DNA from: Methanofastidiosum sp.
GTDB taxonomy: Archaea > Methanobacteriota_B > Thermococci > Methanofastidiosales > Methanofastidiosaceae
Length of the DNA stretch: 64,000 nt
Reading direction: 5' to 3'
Assembly (NCBI GenBank): GCA_035362715.1
Contig: DAOSDU010000007.1
Span: 16,974 to 80,973 of the forward strand
Shown here one piece after another: positions 39,015 to 50,312 of the stretch; position 1 is the stretch's first letter; each line of letters opens with the position of its first letter. Made by a program: the position numbers and the translations under genes. The notes under the pieces are model-generated. The model saw only the letters and a program-made list of their open reading frames with translations. It ran no database searches and was not told the DNA's origin.

Positions 39015-40598
39015 ATGGAAAAGATAAATTGTGATGTCTTAGTAGTTGGCGGTGGGCTTGCAGGGCTAAGGGCCGCCATAGAATCTAAAAAATATGTCAA
39101 AGACGTAATAATATTGACCAAAGGATATGTGGGAAAGGGTGGATGCAGTTCAATTTCTGAAGGAATTTTAAATGCGCCATTATCTGAAAATGATTCTTCT
39201 GATCTGTATTATGGCGACATAATGAAAGGTTCAGCAAATGTATCAGACCAAAAATTAGCAAAAATTCTTTCTCAGAATACAAAAAGCGCCATTCTTTCAC
39301 TTGAAGATTACGGAATTCAATATAAAAAAGAAAATGGAAATTTTGTCCTTAATCTATCCGGTGGAAATTCAGTTGCACGAACTGTAAGAGTAGAGCCACC
39401 AGGCCCTGGGTGCGGAAGAATAATCCCATTGAAACTAATGGAATATGCTAAAAATAACGATATACAATTTTTGGAAGGAAAACATTTAATCAAACTCTTT
39501 GAAAAGAACGGTAGAGTTGTATCCGGAATAGTATGTGACGGGAAAAATTTTTTGGAAATTTCATTTAAATCTATTATAATTGCAACTGGTGGGGCAGGAA
39601 ATATCTATAGAAACTCCACAAATCCTTCCGATGTTGAAGGTGATGGGTATTACCTAGGATTAGATGTTGGAGCTTCTTTGATAGATATGGAATATGTACA
39701 ATTTTTTCCTACTGTAGCGCTTAAATCCTATCTAGTTTTACCATTCATCTTTACTGATGGTGCTGTTCTTCTTAATAGTAAAGGAGAAAGATTCATTGGA
39801 AAATATGATTCAAATCTTTTAGAAAAAACTACTCGAGATGTAATGTCAAGAGCTATTTTTACCGAGGCCCTTGAAGGCAGAGGCACCGACGGTGGAGTTT
39901 TTATATCCTATAAAGAAGTCCCTGAGGACATTCTTAAAACAAAATATTCAAAAGAATTAGAGTTTTTCTTGACTAAAGGGATTGATCTAACTAAAGATAA
40001 TCTTCTTGTTAAGCCTTCCTGTCATTTCTTCATGGGTGGTTTAAAAATAAATGATAAATGCGAAACAAATGTCAAAGGATTATATGCCTGTGGAGAAACT
40101 GCAGGTGGCGTGCATGGGGCCAATAGGCTTGCAGGCAACGCTTTAGCTGAAACTTTAGTGTTTGGGGAAATTGCAGGAAAAAATGCATCTGAATTTGCGT
40201 TAGCAAATGATTTTGACTACATAGATACCAAGAAGTATATCGAATCATTACCTAAACTTATTGAAAGTTCTTCAGAAAAAGAACTGATTAAAGAAATAAA
40301 AGAGATCATGTGGAGATACCTTGGGATTATTAGAAACAAAGAAGGGATAACAACTGCAATCAAGGAGTTTTCTGAAATAAAAAATAAATTTGAAAAGATA
40401 AACGCAACACAAAATTATTTGGAATACTTCAAATTAAGAAATATTATTTTTGTTGCCCAAGCTGTAGCCATATCTGCTCTAGAAAGAACAGAATCTAGAG
40501 GGGCTCATTATAGAAGTGATTATCCAAACGAGGATAAAAATTGGAAAAAGGCAATCATAATTAAAAAAGGATTTAATATCGAACACGAGGCGAGATAA
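39015..40598 (+). CDS. SdhA/FrdA/TfrA/NadB-family flavoprotein with divergent active site
   Basis: GGGLAG, ATGG, TRDVMSRA, HFFMGG, HGANRLAGN, ESRGAHYRSDYP. Confidence 0.85.
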   Translation: MEKINCDVLVVGGGLAGLRAAIESKKYVKDVIILTKGYVGKGGCSSISEGILNAPLSENDSSDLYYGDIMKGSANVSDQKLAKILSQNTKSAILSLEDYGIQYKKENGNFVLNLSGGNSVARTVRVEPPGPGCGRIIPLKLMEYAKNNDIQFLEGKHLIKLFEKNGRVVSGIVCDGKNFLEISFKSIIIATGGAGNIYRNSTNPSDVEGDGYYLGLDVGASLIDMEYVQFFPTVALKSYLVLPFIFTDGAVLLNSKGERFIGKYDSNLLEKTTRDVMSRAIFTEALEGRGTDGGVFISYKEVPEDILKTKYSKELEFFLTKGIDLTKDNLLVKPSCHFFMGGLKINDKCETNVKGLYACGETAGGVHGANRLAGNALAETLVFGEIAGKNASEFALANDFDYIDTKKYIESLPKLIESSSEKELIKEIKEIMWRYLGIIRNKEGITTAIKEFSEIKNKFEKINATQNYLEYFKLRNIIFVAQAVAISALERTESRGAHYRSDYPNEDKNWKKAIIIKKGFNIEHEAR

Positions 40599-41885
<1,287 letters not shown>

Positions 41886-42260
41886 TTGTTTGGCCTTTTT
41901 GACAAATTTAAATATAAAATGGCAATTGTTGTTAGAGATGATTTGAAATTATCAAAAGGAAAATTATCTGCTCAAGTAGCTCATGCTGCAGTAAGTTGTG
42001 CAATAAAATCAGAGAATAACAAAAATAAATATTTTTCTGAATGGTTTTCTGAAGGGCAAAAAAAAGTTGTTTTGAAGATTGATGATTTAGATTCACTCCT
42101 TAAAGTATTCAATGAGGCAAAAAGCGTTGGCCTGACAACTGAACTAATCAAAGATGCGGGATTAACAGAAATCCCACCTGGAACAATCACTGTTTTGGGT
42201 ATAGGGCCAGCCCCAGAAGATGAAATTGATAGGATAGTGGGGGATCTGAAACTTCTATAG
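41886..42260 (+). CDS. pth2: peptidyl-tRNA hydrolase 2
   Basis: KGKLSAQVAHA, DAGLTE, GIGP. Confidence 0.95.
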   Translation: MFGLFDKFKYKMAIVVRDDLKLSKGKLSAQVAHAAVSCAIKSENNKNKYFSEWFSEGQKKVVLKIDDLDSLLKVFNEAKSVGLTTELIKDAGLTEIPPGTITVLGIGPAPEDEIDRIVGDLKLL

Positions 42261-42329
42261 AATACCAATACAAAAGCTTATATAAATATTTTTTAAAAAT
42301 TCATCTTAAGCAGTATTGGAGGTAAAAAA

Positions 42330-42842
42330 ATGAATAAAATAATTATGGTCTTATTAACATTGATATTTGCGATATCTCTATTTGTTTCCCCTATATTGGC
42401 CGCAGAAAATACGTCTCCAGAACTTCAAAACGGAGTTCTTTTGTACACTTTCAAGAATAACACATTTTCTTATAAATTTCAAGTAGAATATAAAGACGCT
42501 GATGGAGATCTACCCAGATATATGTTTGTCTTTATAAATGGGTCAAGAAGAGAAATGATTAAAGCAGATATAACTGATAACAATTCGAAGGATGGAATAT
42601 TGTATATCCTGCCTATGTCTGAAGATGAACTTTTCAAATTTGCGCCAAAGGCAAAAGAATGGGATATAGAATATTGGTTTAGAACAAATGATGGGAAAGG
42701 TCCAGTAAGTACTAAAATATCCAAGTTATTTGCATTAGACACTGAATCAATGGGGCTAAGTACTAGTAATTCTGCGGGTGGCGGAAGAGATGGAGGATCA
42801 TCTAGTGGCTGTGGTTGCGTAAATAAAAACTCCAACCAATAA
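42330..42842 (+). CDS. secreted Ig-like hypothetical protein with Gly/Ser-CGC tail
   Basis: Signal peptide, YKDADGDLP...YWFRTNDG, GGAGG SD. Confidence 0.7.
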   Translation: MNKIIMVLLTLIFAISLFVSPILAAENTSPELQNGVLLYTFKNNTFSYKFQVEYKDADGDLPRYMFVFINGSRREMIKADITDNNSKDGILYILPMSEDELFKFAPKAKEWDIEYWFRTNDGKGPVSTKISKLFALDTESMGLSTSNSAGGGRDGGSSSGCGCVNKNSNQ

Positions 42843-42883
42843 TTTTATATATCTTTTTTTTAAACCAATGACAAGGTGAAATT

Positions 42884-43042
42884 ATGGAGTTCTATATTTT
42901 CATAGCGATTGTAATAGGTTTGATAGCATTATTTGCAATAATAGAGGGACTTAGCAGGAAAAGAAATACTTTGAGTAAGCCTCCGTTAAAAGGCAACGAA
43001 AGAAATACCCAGTATGTACCACAATCAATTCCAAAAAAATAA
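42884..43042 (+). CDS. 52-aa single-pass membrane protein (not in ORF track)
   Basis: aaggtga SD; MEFYIFIAIVIGLIALFAIIEGLSRKRNTL...PKK*. Confidence 0.65.
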   Translation: MEFYIFIAIVIGLIALFAIIEGLSRKRNTLSKPPLKGNERNTQYVPQSIPKK

Positions 43043-43051
43043 AATAAAATA

Positions 43052-43924
43052 TTATTTTTTTACTCTTTTCCTGATATATTTTGCTATTACGTATATTATT
43101 CCAAGAAGGATTAATATTGGTATAAAGAATCCGCCCAATATTATTATTCCAGCAACTGAAACTATGAATGCATCTATGGCTCTATCAAATGTGTTCTTTA
43201 TGCCCCACTCATGGACAATCTTTTCAGGTTCATATAGATTTATATAAAATGTACCAAAAGTTGTTGTATTATCGAGATATTTTAATCTTCCCTCATAACT
43301 TTCTATCTCGCCTCTGATTCTCCCAAGTTGGACTTCAATTGCAAGAACGTCTTGTACATCCTTAGCCATATCTAGAAGTTCTGTGTACCTTTTTTCCTGA
43401 TTTTTCAAGTTTTTTAATCTTGCCTGCAAATCTATATACTCTTCAGTAACATCGTATCCCGAAGTTTCTTTGGATTTAATCTTTCCAATTTGAACTAAAG
43501 AATCGCTAAACTCTTCAAATCTTTTTTCCGGTATCTTTATTGTAATATTACCGCTTTTTGTTTCTGAATCAGAAATCCACATATTCGAGTTTGTTACGTA
43601 TCCTTCGTATTTATTGGCCAGTTCTTTAATTTTTGAGATAGAAGAATCAAAGTTTTCAACTTCTATATTTGCATTCCCATTTTTGACAACTTTTCGATCA
43701 TTTGAATTTAATTCACTTGATTCCGTAGAACTCTGGTAAACAGTTTTTGAATAGGTATCGGTCTGAGGGGCACCACCGTAGCCTGGAGAGTAAGCAACAC
43801 CTTCATCGTAAATAACTCTCTTGGAGTATATATTTGGTCCTAAAAAAAAAGTTCCTATAAAGAATCCTGAAATTAAGATTGCAATTACCCCAATTGCACC
43901 AAGTATCATAAAGGATTTTTTCAT
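43052..43924 (-). CDS. DUF4349-family protein
   Basis: RKVVKNG, DVTEEYID, coiled coil, C-terminal TM. Confidence 0.85.
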   Translation of the reverse strand: MKKSFMILGAIGVIAILISGFFIGTFFLGPNIYSKRVIYDEGVAYSPGYGGAPQTDTYSKTVYQSSTESSELNSNDRKVVKNGNANIEVENFDSSISKIKELANKYEGYVTNSNMWISDSETKSGNITIKIPEKRFEEFSDSLVQIGKIKSKETSGYDVTEEYIDLQARLKNLKNQEKRYTELLDMAKDVQDVLAIEVQLGRIRGEIESYEGRLKYLDNTTTFGTFYINLYEPEKIVHEWGIKNTFDRAIDAFIVSVAGIIILGGFFIPILILLGIIYVIAKYIRKRVKK

Positions 43925-43982
43925 TTCATCACCAATAGAAACTTATAATGCTCTATATTTATATATTTCGATATGGTTCAAT

Positions 43983-45404
43983 TTATATTGAACCTTTACT
44001 ATTTAATTTTAAAGTCTTAAAGAAGTACTCCGATATAGTATCCCCTACTATTTTTACTAAAATATCCTTGTCTTCACTATAACCAAAAGCCCCAAGAGAT
44101 ATCTTTGCAGCGGCAAAATTCATATGCCCTCCTGCAGAACCCATTTTAGAAAAAGCCTTTGTAATTATCTTGCTGATATCAATAATCTGGTCCCTTGACC
44201 TAGCAGATACGTATACATAATCTTCAATTATCCCAATAACTATGGATACGGTAATACCTTCAAGTTTCAATAATAGATCTGCAGATTGAGACAATGATTC
44301 CTTATTACCTACATATCCAACATTGGAAATGACATATTTGTCGTAAAGCTTCTTGTTATTTATCGCCTTAGACAAAACATCAAGAGTATCTTGAGAAATA
44401 TTGGGATTTTCAATAATATTCAAAAGTTCTTTATTAATCTTGGGTTTTAAATAATATACGGCCTCGGTATCTTCCTTCTCAAAATTTCGTTTAAAGTTAT
44501 TAGTATCAACAAGAATCCCATACATTAATCCTGTGGCTAATTGCTCATTTACTTCGATACCAAAATCTCTCAAATAAGAAGTCATAATAGTGGCAGTTGC
44601 ACCAACTTTAGGCCTTATATCCATGAATTCTGCATTTATTTTTTCTTCTTCAGTATAATGATGATCAATTATAATATCTGGTTTTATTTCTGATGGGAAT
44701 ATAGTCGTATTAGACAGATTTGGCATATCGATTAATGCAATTTTATCATACTCTCTTAAGACATATTTCTTATGTTCGGCTATCTTCTTGAAATCCCATT
44801 TCAAAAGTTCAACCATCAATTTGTTTCCTTCGTGACCAATTTCGCCACCATAATATATATCTACATTTACCTTCAAACTTTCTGCAATTGCTTTAAGGGC
44901 ATAAGCGCTTGACATTGCGTCTGGGTCAGGATTATCATGCATTACAATTGCTAATGACTTGGATTTCTCAAGTATTTTTCTTAATATGTCTTTATTTCTC
45001 CAATAATTTGAGAGTTCAAGCTGGTTTATTATTATTTGTGCCATTGATCTATCTGGAGTAACAACAAAATCTGCCCCTAATTTTTTAATTCCTGAGATAT
45101 GTTCTGAACTAGGGGCGTTAACAATTATCAAAGCTTCTTTATTGAGCTCTCTTGAAATTTTCAAAGCTTCAATATTGGTCTTATGGTCTGAAGTAGTTAT
45201 AATTATTTCTTTAAATTTTGAAATATTTACCCCTATAAGGTTAAATGATTTAGTAAAATCAAATAGATAAGTTTTACAACCAATAGTTTCGGCCCTGCTC
45301 AAAGCCTGCATATTTTTATCTATGACCACTACTTCTTTGCCTCTCTTTTTAAGTACTAAAGATACGGCATATCCTATTTTACCGGCCCCAAAAATAAGAG
45401 ACAT
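43983..45404 (-). CDS. TrkA-N (RCK) + DHH/DHHA1 phosphoesterase
   Basis: FGAGKIG; HDNPDPDA, IDHH, GILVDT, AGGH. Confidence 0.88.
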   Translation of the reverse strand: MSLIFGAGKIGYAVSLVLKKRGKEVVVIDKNMQALSRAETIGCKTYLFDFTKSFNLIGVNISKFKEIIITTSDHKTNIEALKISRELNKEALIIVNAPSSEHISGIKKLGADFVVTPDRSMAQIIINQLELSNYWRNKDILRKILEKSKSLAIVMHDNPDPDAMSSAYALKAIAESLKVNVDIYYGGEIGHEGNKLMVELLKWDFKKIAEHKKYVLREYDKIALIDMPNLSNTTIFPSEIKPDIIIDHHYTEEEKINAEFMDIRPKVGATATIMTSYLRDFGIEVNEQLATGLMYGILVDTNNFKRNFEKEDTEAVYYLKPKINKELLNIIENPNISQDTLDVLSKAINNKKLYDKYVISNVGYVGNKESLSQSADLLLKLEGITVSIVIGIIEDYVYVSARSRDQIIDISKIITKAFSKMGSAGGHMNFAAAKISLGAFGYSEDKDILVKIVGDTISEYFFKTLKLNSKGSI

Positions 45405-45489
45405 AAGTCTAATTATGGGATGAAATATATATTCTTAACTGATTTAACCAAAATAATTATAAATGATACTAATATTTACAAGTTGAGGT

Positions 45490-46356
45490 ATGTCTTTGGA
45501 AGGTTCAGTAGACGATGAAATTATAAAAATTTCACAAGAATTAAAGGCTTTGGAATCTGAGGCGGAATCATATAAAAAAGAGCTTTTGGCCTTAAAGCAA
45601 AAAAGAGATGAAAAGAACGCTCAAGTTTCTGATCTGATTAAGAAAGGCAAGGAAAACAAGGAACTTAGAGATAAAGCTAACGAGGAAACAAAAAAATATA
45701 AGGCACTACGTGAAGAAAATAGCTCTAAACTAAGAGTAATTTATGAATCTTTGAATAAAATTAAAGAAGCTACAAAGAACAAGGATATTACTTCCTCTTC
45801 AGAGATTGAAAAAAAGATTGACAATATTGAATGGAAACTCGAAACTGAAGTTCTTTCACTGGATAAAGAACGACAACTTGTTGACATCATAAAGGACTTA
45901 AAAAAAGACCTTAAAGAATCTAAAAATTATGAAGCTCTTTCCAAAGAAGCCCGCTTTTCTCGAAAAGATTTAGATACGTTGAAAAAAAATTCTGAGGAAT
46001 ACCATAAAAAAGTCCTAGAGCTTTCAGATGAATCCACTAAATATCATGAGCGTATGATATACTATTTCAATAGTTCTGAAGATATCAAAAAAGAAGCAGA
46101 TACAACACACAAGAACTATATTGAAAAGAAAAAATATGTTGATGAACTATACGACAAAATAAGAGAACTAAGGGCTAAAATCAAAGGATTAGAAATTAAT
46201 TCAAGAAAAACTGAGAAACAGGAAAAAGAGAAAAAGATAAAAGAAAAGAAAATAGAACTATCAAAGAAAAGTGAGGATATCTTAGAGAAATTTAAAAATG
46301 GAGAAAAACTCACCTTGGACGAACTTAAAATTCTCCAGGCTGGGGGAAATATTTGA
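45490..46356 (+). CDS. archaeal coiled-coil protein (COG1340-like)
   Basis: Heptad-rich; IEWKLETEVLSLDKERQLV; C-terminal KFKNGEKLTLDEL. Confidence 0.8.
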   Translation: MSLEGSVDDEIIKISQELKALESEAESYKKELLALKQKRDEKNAQVSDLIKKGKENKELRDKANEETKKYKALREENSSKLRVIYESLNKIKEATKNKDITSSSEIEKKIDNIEWKLETEVLSLDKERQLVDIIKDLKKDLKESKNYEALSKEARFSRKDLDTLKKNSEEYHKKVLELSDESTKYHERMIYYFNSSEDIKKEADTTHKNYIEKKKYVDELYDKIRELRAKIKGLEINSRKTEKQEKEKKIKEKKIELSKKSEDILEKFKNGEKLTLDELKILQAGGNI

Positions 46357-46658
46357 TAGCGGAAATATCTTTTGTCCCTATTGGAGTTGGAACATCTCTT
46401 AGTCGTTATATCGCAGTAGTTATAAAAAACATAGAAAAAAGTGGATTAAAATATCAACTCACACCTATGGGTACAATTGTAGAAGGTGAGTGGAATGAGA
46501 TATCCAAGTTAATCGATTATTCGCATGACTTAATATTTGAAATGGGAATAGAAAGAATTATAACTAACATAAAGATTGATTATAGATTAGACAAGAAGTC
46601 TTCTATGCAAGATAAGTTAGACTCAGTCAAAAAGAAGATGGTAGAAACCGATGTTTGA
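46353..46658 (+). CDS. MTH1187/YkoF-family thiamine-binding protein
   Basis: SFVPIG.GTSLS, LTPMGTIVEG, IKIDYR. Confidence 0.88.
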   Translation: MIAEISFVPIGVGTSLSRYIAVVIKNIEKSGLKYQLTPMGTIVEGEWNEISKLIDYSHDLIFEMGIERIITNIKIDYRLDKKSSMQDKLDSVKKKMVETDV

Positions 46659-47712
46659 AAAGAAAATATTGGTGCTCTCAGTTGATAGAGATAATGACCT
46701 GGGGGTAAAAACGGGTATCCAAGGGCCGATTATAGGAGAAAAAAACATCCTAAATGCAGCCATGGAACTTGGTATAGCCGATCCTACAGAATCAGATACA
46801 AATGTTCTTTTTAGGGCAATCCAAGTCTTTCGAAAATTGAAAAAAGAGGACACACCTTGTGAAGTCGTAGCCCTTACCGGTGATATAGATGTTGGTGTAA
46901 AATCTGATATAGTGCTATCCGATCAACTTGACCATGTTCTTAAAAAAATAAAAGTAAAAGGTGTAATTCTTGTTACAGATGGGCGTGAAGATGAGAATAT
47001 CTTACCGGCCATTCAATCAAAGGTGCAGATAATATCCATAGATAGGATAGTTATACAACAAAGTGAAACAATTGAAGAAACATACTTTATTCTTCATAGA
47101 TATATAAGGGAGGTCATGGAAGACCGAAAACTTGCAGGGCTTTTACTAGGGGCGCCTGGACTAACCTTCCTTCTTTTTGGCGCAGCTTTTTTATTGGGAA
47201 AACCTCAGATAGGTTGGTTTGGATTTTTATTTATTCTAGGAATCTATCTGTTCTTCAAGGGATTTGGGATTGACAATTTCTTAAAGAAAGAGTTTTCTCC
47301 AAAAAGGGTAGGATTTGTTTTTTACCTAATTGCTGTATTATTAGGTATTATTGGTGTATGGCAGAGTTATTACTATCTCCTTCAATTTCCAACTTGGCAA
47401 AGTATACCTTTAGTAATTGCGACAATTCTATCAAGAATCGAACTCATTTACGTTGCTTTTGCAATAGCGATGTTCGGTAGATTTCTAGAAGCTTACTCTA
47501 CAAATAAGAAGGAAGTAATGAGTACACTTGCACTAACATTTTTCACAGCAGTATTCTCATTTATCCTATATCAATCTGCTAAGTTTATCCTAGGCTCTAT
47601 ATCCCTAGAAATTCTAATGGTTTATCTGTTTATAGCAGGCGGATTGACTGTCTTATTCATGAGATTAACTGGGAAATTAAAACTAAAAATTATGCCTGAA
47701 GCTTGCAGTTAG
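46651..47712 (+). CDS. DUF373-family membrane protein
   Basis: LSVDRDNDLG, DPTESDTN, VTDGREDE, multiple TMs. Confidence 0.88.
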   Translation: MFEKKILVLSVDRDNDLGVKTGIQGPIIGEKNILNAAMELGIADPTESDTNVLFRAIQVFRKLKKEDTPCEVVALTGDIDVGVKSDIVLSDQLDHVLKKIKVKGVILVTDGREDENILPAIQSKVQIISIDRIVIQQSETIEETYFILHRYIREVMEDRKLAGLLLGAPGLTFLLFGAAFLLGKPQIGWFGFLFILGIYLFFKGFGIDNFLKKEFSPKRVGFVFYLIAVLLGIIGVWQSYYYLLQFPTWQSIPLVIATILSRIELIYVAFAIAMFGRFLEAYSTNKKEVMSTLALTFFTAVFSFILYQSAKFILGSISLEILMVYLFIAGGLTVLFMRLTGKLKLKIMPEACS

Positions 47713-48262
47713 CAAGTTCTTGTAATTTTTCTATACCACTTTCCATGCCAATACCATAGAGTATATCCCCTTCGTTCAATTTGAAGTTTTTCTTTGGGGA
47801 GTAAATGTAGTCTTTATCTCTCTTTATGAGAAATATGTATATGCCTGTCTTACTTTGTAGTTTTATTTCTTGGAAAGTTTTATCTATAATAATGGAGCCT
47901 GAGCATATCTTTACCCTAGCAATGATCTGATCAGTTTCTTTCATTGCCTCTTTAAATATTGGGTGAGCATCAATTCCCCTAGTTACAATATCGGCTATTT
48001 CAGAAGCTGCGTCAGCAATAGCTTCAGTTGCTTCAGTTATATGAATCAGACTTAGTAGGTCTTCAGGATTACTGACCTTAGACGCCTTTTGAAGTATTTT
48101 TCTACCCATTTCATAGTTCAGTTTATCTACAATCTCTTCAAGTTCCATTACTTCCTCTGCAATGTATTTATTATTGTATAGAAGGGCAGTATATGATAGG
48201 GCAACCATCAATTCTGAATTATTTTTCATCTGCGTTAATATATCTGCCATACCAGTTTCCAT
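47690..48262 (-). CDS. PhoU-like + TrkA-C (RCK) protein
   Basis: MKNNSELMVALSY...EAIADAA, C-terminal RCK_C. Confidence 0.82.
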   Translation of the reverse strand: METGMADILTQMKNNSELMVALSYTALLYNNKYIAEEVMELEEIVDKLNYEMGRKILQKASKVSNPEDLLSLIHITEATEAIADAASEIADIVTRGIDAHPIFKEAMKETDQIIARVKICSGSIIIDKTFQEIKLQSKTGIYIFLIKRDKDYIYSPKKNFKLNEGDILYGIGMESGIEKLQELANCKLQA

Positions 48263-48266
48263 TATA

Positions 48267-48881
48267 TCACCACTTTGTTTTTATGCCACTACATATACTC
48301 TTTAATATTTCAAGACCGGTATTACTGCCCCTTGCAATGAGTATATCTCCATCTTTAATAACAAATCCTTTAGAAGGGTTATATTTGATGGAATCTTTTC
48401 TTTTTACAGCGATTATATATGTTCCTATTTTAGATCCCAGTTCTGCCTTTTTTAATGTCATGTGCGATAGTTTTGATTTAGGAGATACTTCATATTTTTC
48501 TATTTGTTCTTCAGCGTCTTCAAGCGCCTCGTAAACGATTGGATGTATTTTCATATCTCTTAAGATAATATTGGACAAATCTCCAGCTGCATTTGATATT
48601 TTTTCGGAGGCAGAGGCAAATTGCAAAACAGCTGAAATTCTCTCTGCATCTTCAACGCTTCTAGCGGCTAGCATTGCTGTTATTCTTATCCTATAATTTA
48701 GCTCATCCATCCTGCTCTCAAGTTCGGTAACGTCCTCTGCTATTTCCTTATTTTTGAAAAGGATTGAAGAATAGGCTAGGTCGACCATTAGTTCAGAGAT
48801 ATCTTTCATCTCAACTAAAAGATCCTTTACACTTACCGGCTTATACTTAAAAGGTTTTGATACTTTGCGTCTTTTGCCCAT
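48267..48881 (-). CDS. PhoU-like + TrkA-C (RCK) protein
   Basis: EMKDISELMVDLAYS...EKISNAA, IIAVKR...GDILIARG. Confidence 0.85.
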   Translation of the reverse strand: MGKRRKVSKPFKYKPVSVKDLLVEMKDISELMVDLAYSSILFKNKEIAEDVTELESRMDELNYRIRITAMLAARSVEDAERISAVLQFASASEKISNAAGDLSNIILRDMKIHPIVYEALEDAEEQIEKYEVSPKSKLSHMTLKKAELGSKIGTYIIAVKRKDSIKYNPSKGFVIKDGDILIARGSNTGLEILKSICSGIKTKW

Positions 48882-48978
48882 TATTTTTCTCTCCTAAAAG
48901 AGTCTAAACTGGTTTATTTTAATTAATATTTAAGGATTTCGAATATATTTATAAATTCTCATATAGAGATTCTACAGG

Positions 48979-49051
48979 GGGCCTGTGGTCTAGTGGATAT
49001 GGCGCAGGGCTTCGGACCCTGAGATCGTGGGTTCAAATCCCATCAGGCCCG
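48979..49051 (+). tRNA. tRNA-Arg (TCG)
   Basis: GGGCCTGTGGTCTAGTGGATATGGCGCAGGGCT-TCG-GACCCTGAGATCGTGGGTTCAAATCCCATCAGGCCCG. Confidence 0.93.
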
Positions 49052-49067
49052 CCTTGTTCCATTAAAC

Positions 49068-49721
49068 TCATATTTTGTCTTCTTCTTTTGAAGCGACAAT
49101 ATTCATATCGTCTTCAAGTTCTTTTATTTTCTTTTTGTCCTTAATTATGCCTGCAATTATTATGGAAAATATTGCAACTCCTAAGGCATTTGACAGTGTC
49201 ATAGGTATTATTACTATTTTTACAGTTTCTAATGCCAAATCAAAAGGTTTTGCAAGGATTAATGTAATCCCCATGTGATATAACTCTACTATAGCCGCAA
49301 TAATTGTGGCTTTGTATGCCCCAATAAATTCCTTTTTTTTGTATTGATAGATTAATCCGCCAATAAGACCTGCCGAGATGGTGGCGACTGAACAAGGAAG
49401 AGCTGTAAAGCCACCTCCATAGAATCTGTTTATCCCACCTATTAATCCTGCGCCAAGACCAATAACTGGTCCACCTACTAAACCTGCAACTAATGGCCCT
49501 ATATCCCTTATATTTGCTATAGCGCCAGAAGGAAGTTCTATCCCTGAATAGTTCCCAAATATTGAAAAAGAACCAAATATGAGTATCATAACAATCTGAT
49601 TCTTATATGTAAATCTTTTATCTATAACAACTTCTTTAAAATGATTAACGGAACTCACAACCACGGCTATTACAGTAACCATGACTGATACCTCGTTAAT
49701 TAAAACAAAAAGAATATCCAT
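49068..49721 (-). CDS. stand-alone LytS/YhcK 5TM receptor domain protein
   Basis: FSIFGNYSG, ANIRD, GLVGGPVIG, GGFTALPC; no kinase domain; ATG 49721 preferred. Confidence 0.85.
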   Translation of the reverse strand: MDILFVLINEVSVMVTVIAVVVSSVNHFKEVVIDKRFTYKNQIVMILIFGSFSIFGNYSGIELPSGAIANIRDIGPLVAGLVGGPVIGLGAGLIGGINRFYGGGFTALPCSVATISAGLIGGLIYQYKKKEFIGAYKATIIAAIVELYHMGITLILAKPFDLALETVKIVIIPMTLSNALGVAIFSIIIAGIIKDKKKIKELEDDMNIVASKEEDKI

Positions 49722-49862
49722 GATTTCTTCAGGGTTCACAGTGATAAAAACAAAAGTCAATTTAAAAAACTTATTGTAATTTTTGCAAGTTTCGTAACCT
49801 TTATGTTAAAAAATAGTAGTAACGAATGGATACCAATATATTAAATAATATATGGCATTAAT

Positions 49863-50312
49863 TTAATATTTTGTGTTAAGTAATGCAATCTTTTCAAATA
49901 TCTTTTTTTCAGTTTCTATTCTATTATTGATATCCGTTATTTCAAAATACTCTATTATGAAATCTTTATCATATTTTCCGAGGGGAACGGGCTGGCCTAA
50001 AATCTGGATAATCTTCTCTTTTTTTTCTTCATTCAATATAATTCCTATCTTATTAAATCCATTTTTTATACCAAACGTTAAAGCTTTAGATATCTGTTTT
50101 TCTCCAGATAGTCTGATCAAATACTCAAGTGAAAAATCGTCAGCAAAGTTTGATTTATTCTTAAATGCTTGAGTTGTCTGGTACAAAGCCATAGTTATAT
50201 GATTGACTCCATATACTTTACTTACGTCAAAAATAGCATCTGCCCCATTTTTCTTTAATATTTCAATTAGTTTTTGTGCATCTTGAATTTGGGATTCAAA
50301 TACCAGTAACAT
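49863..50312 (-). CDS. cgi121: KEOPS complex subunit Cgi121
   Basis: NHITMA...SLEYLIRLSGEKQISKALTFG...EKIALL. Confidence 0.8.
   Translation of the reverse strand: MLLVFESQIQDAQKLIEILKKNGADAIFDVSKVYGVNHITMALYQTTQAFKNKSNFADDFSLEYLIRLSGEKQISKALTFGIKNGFNKIGIILNEEKKEKIIQILGQPVPLGKYDKDFIIEYFEITDINNRIETEKKIFEKIALLNTKY

Noticed and set aside
48979..49760. tRNA-Arg as integration site of a genomic island
   Set aside because: No integrase, and no duplicated tRNA 3' end was seen in the window
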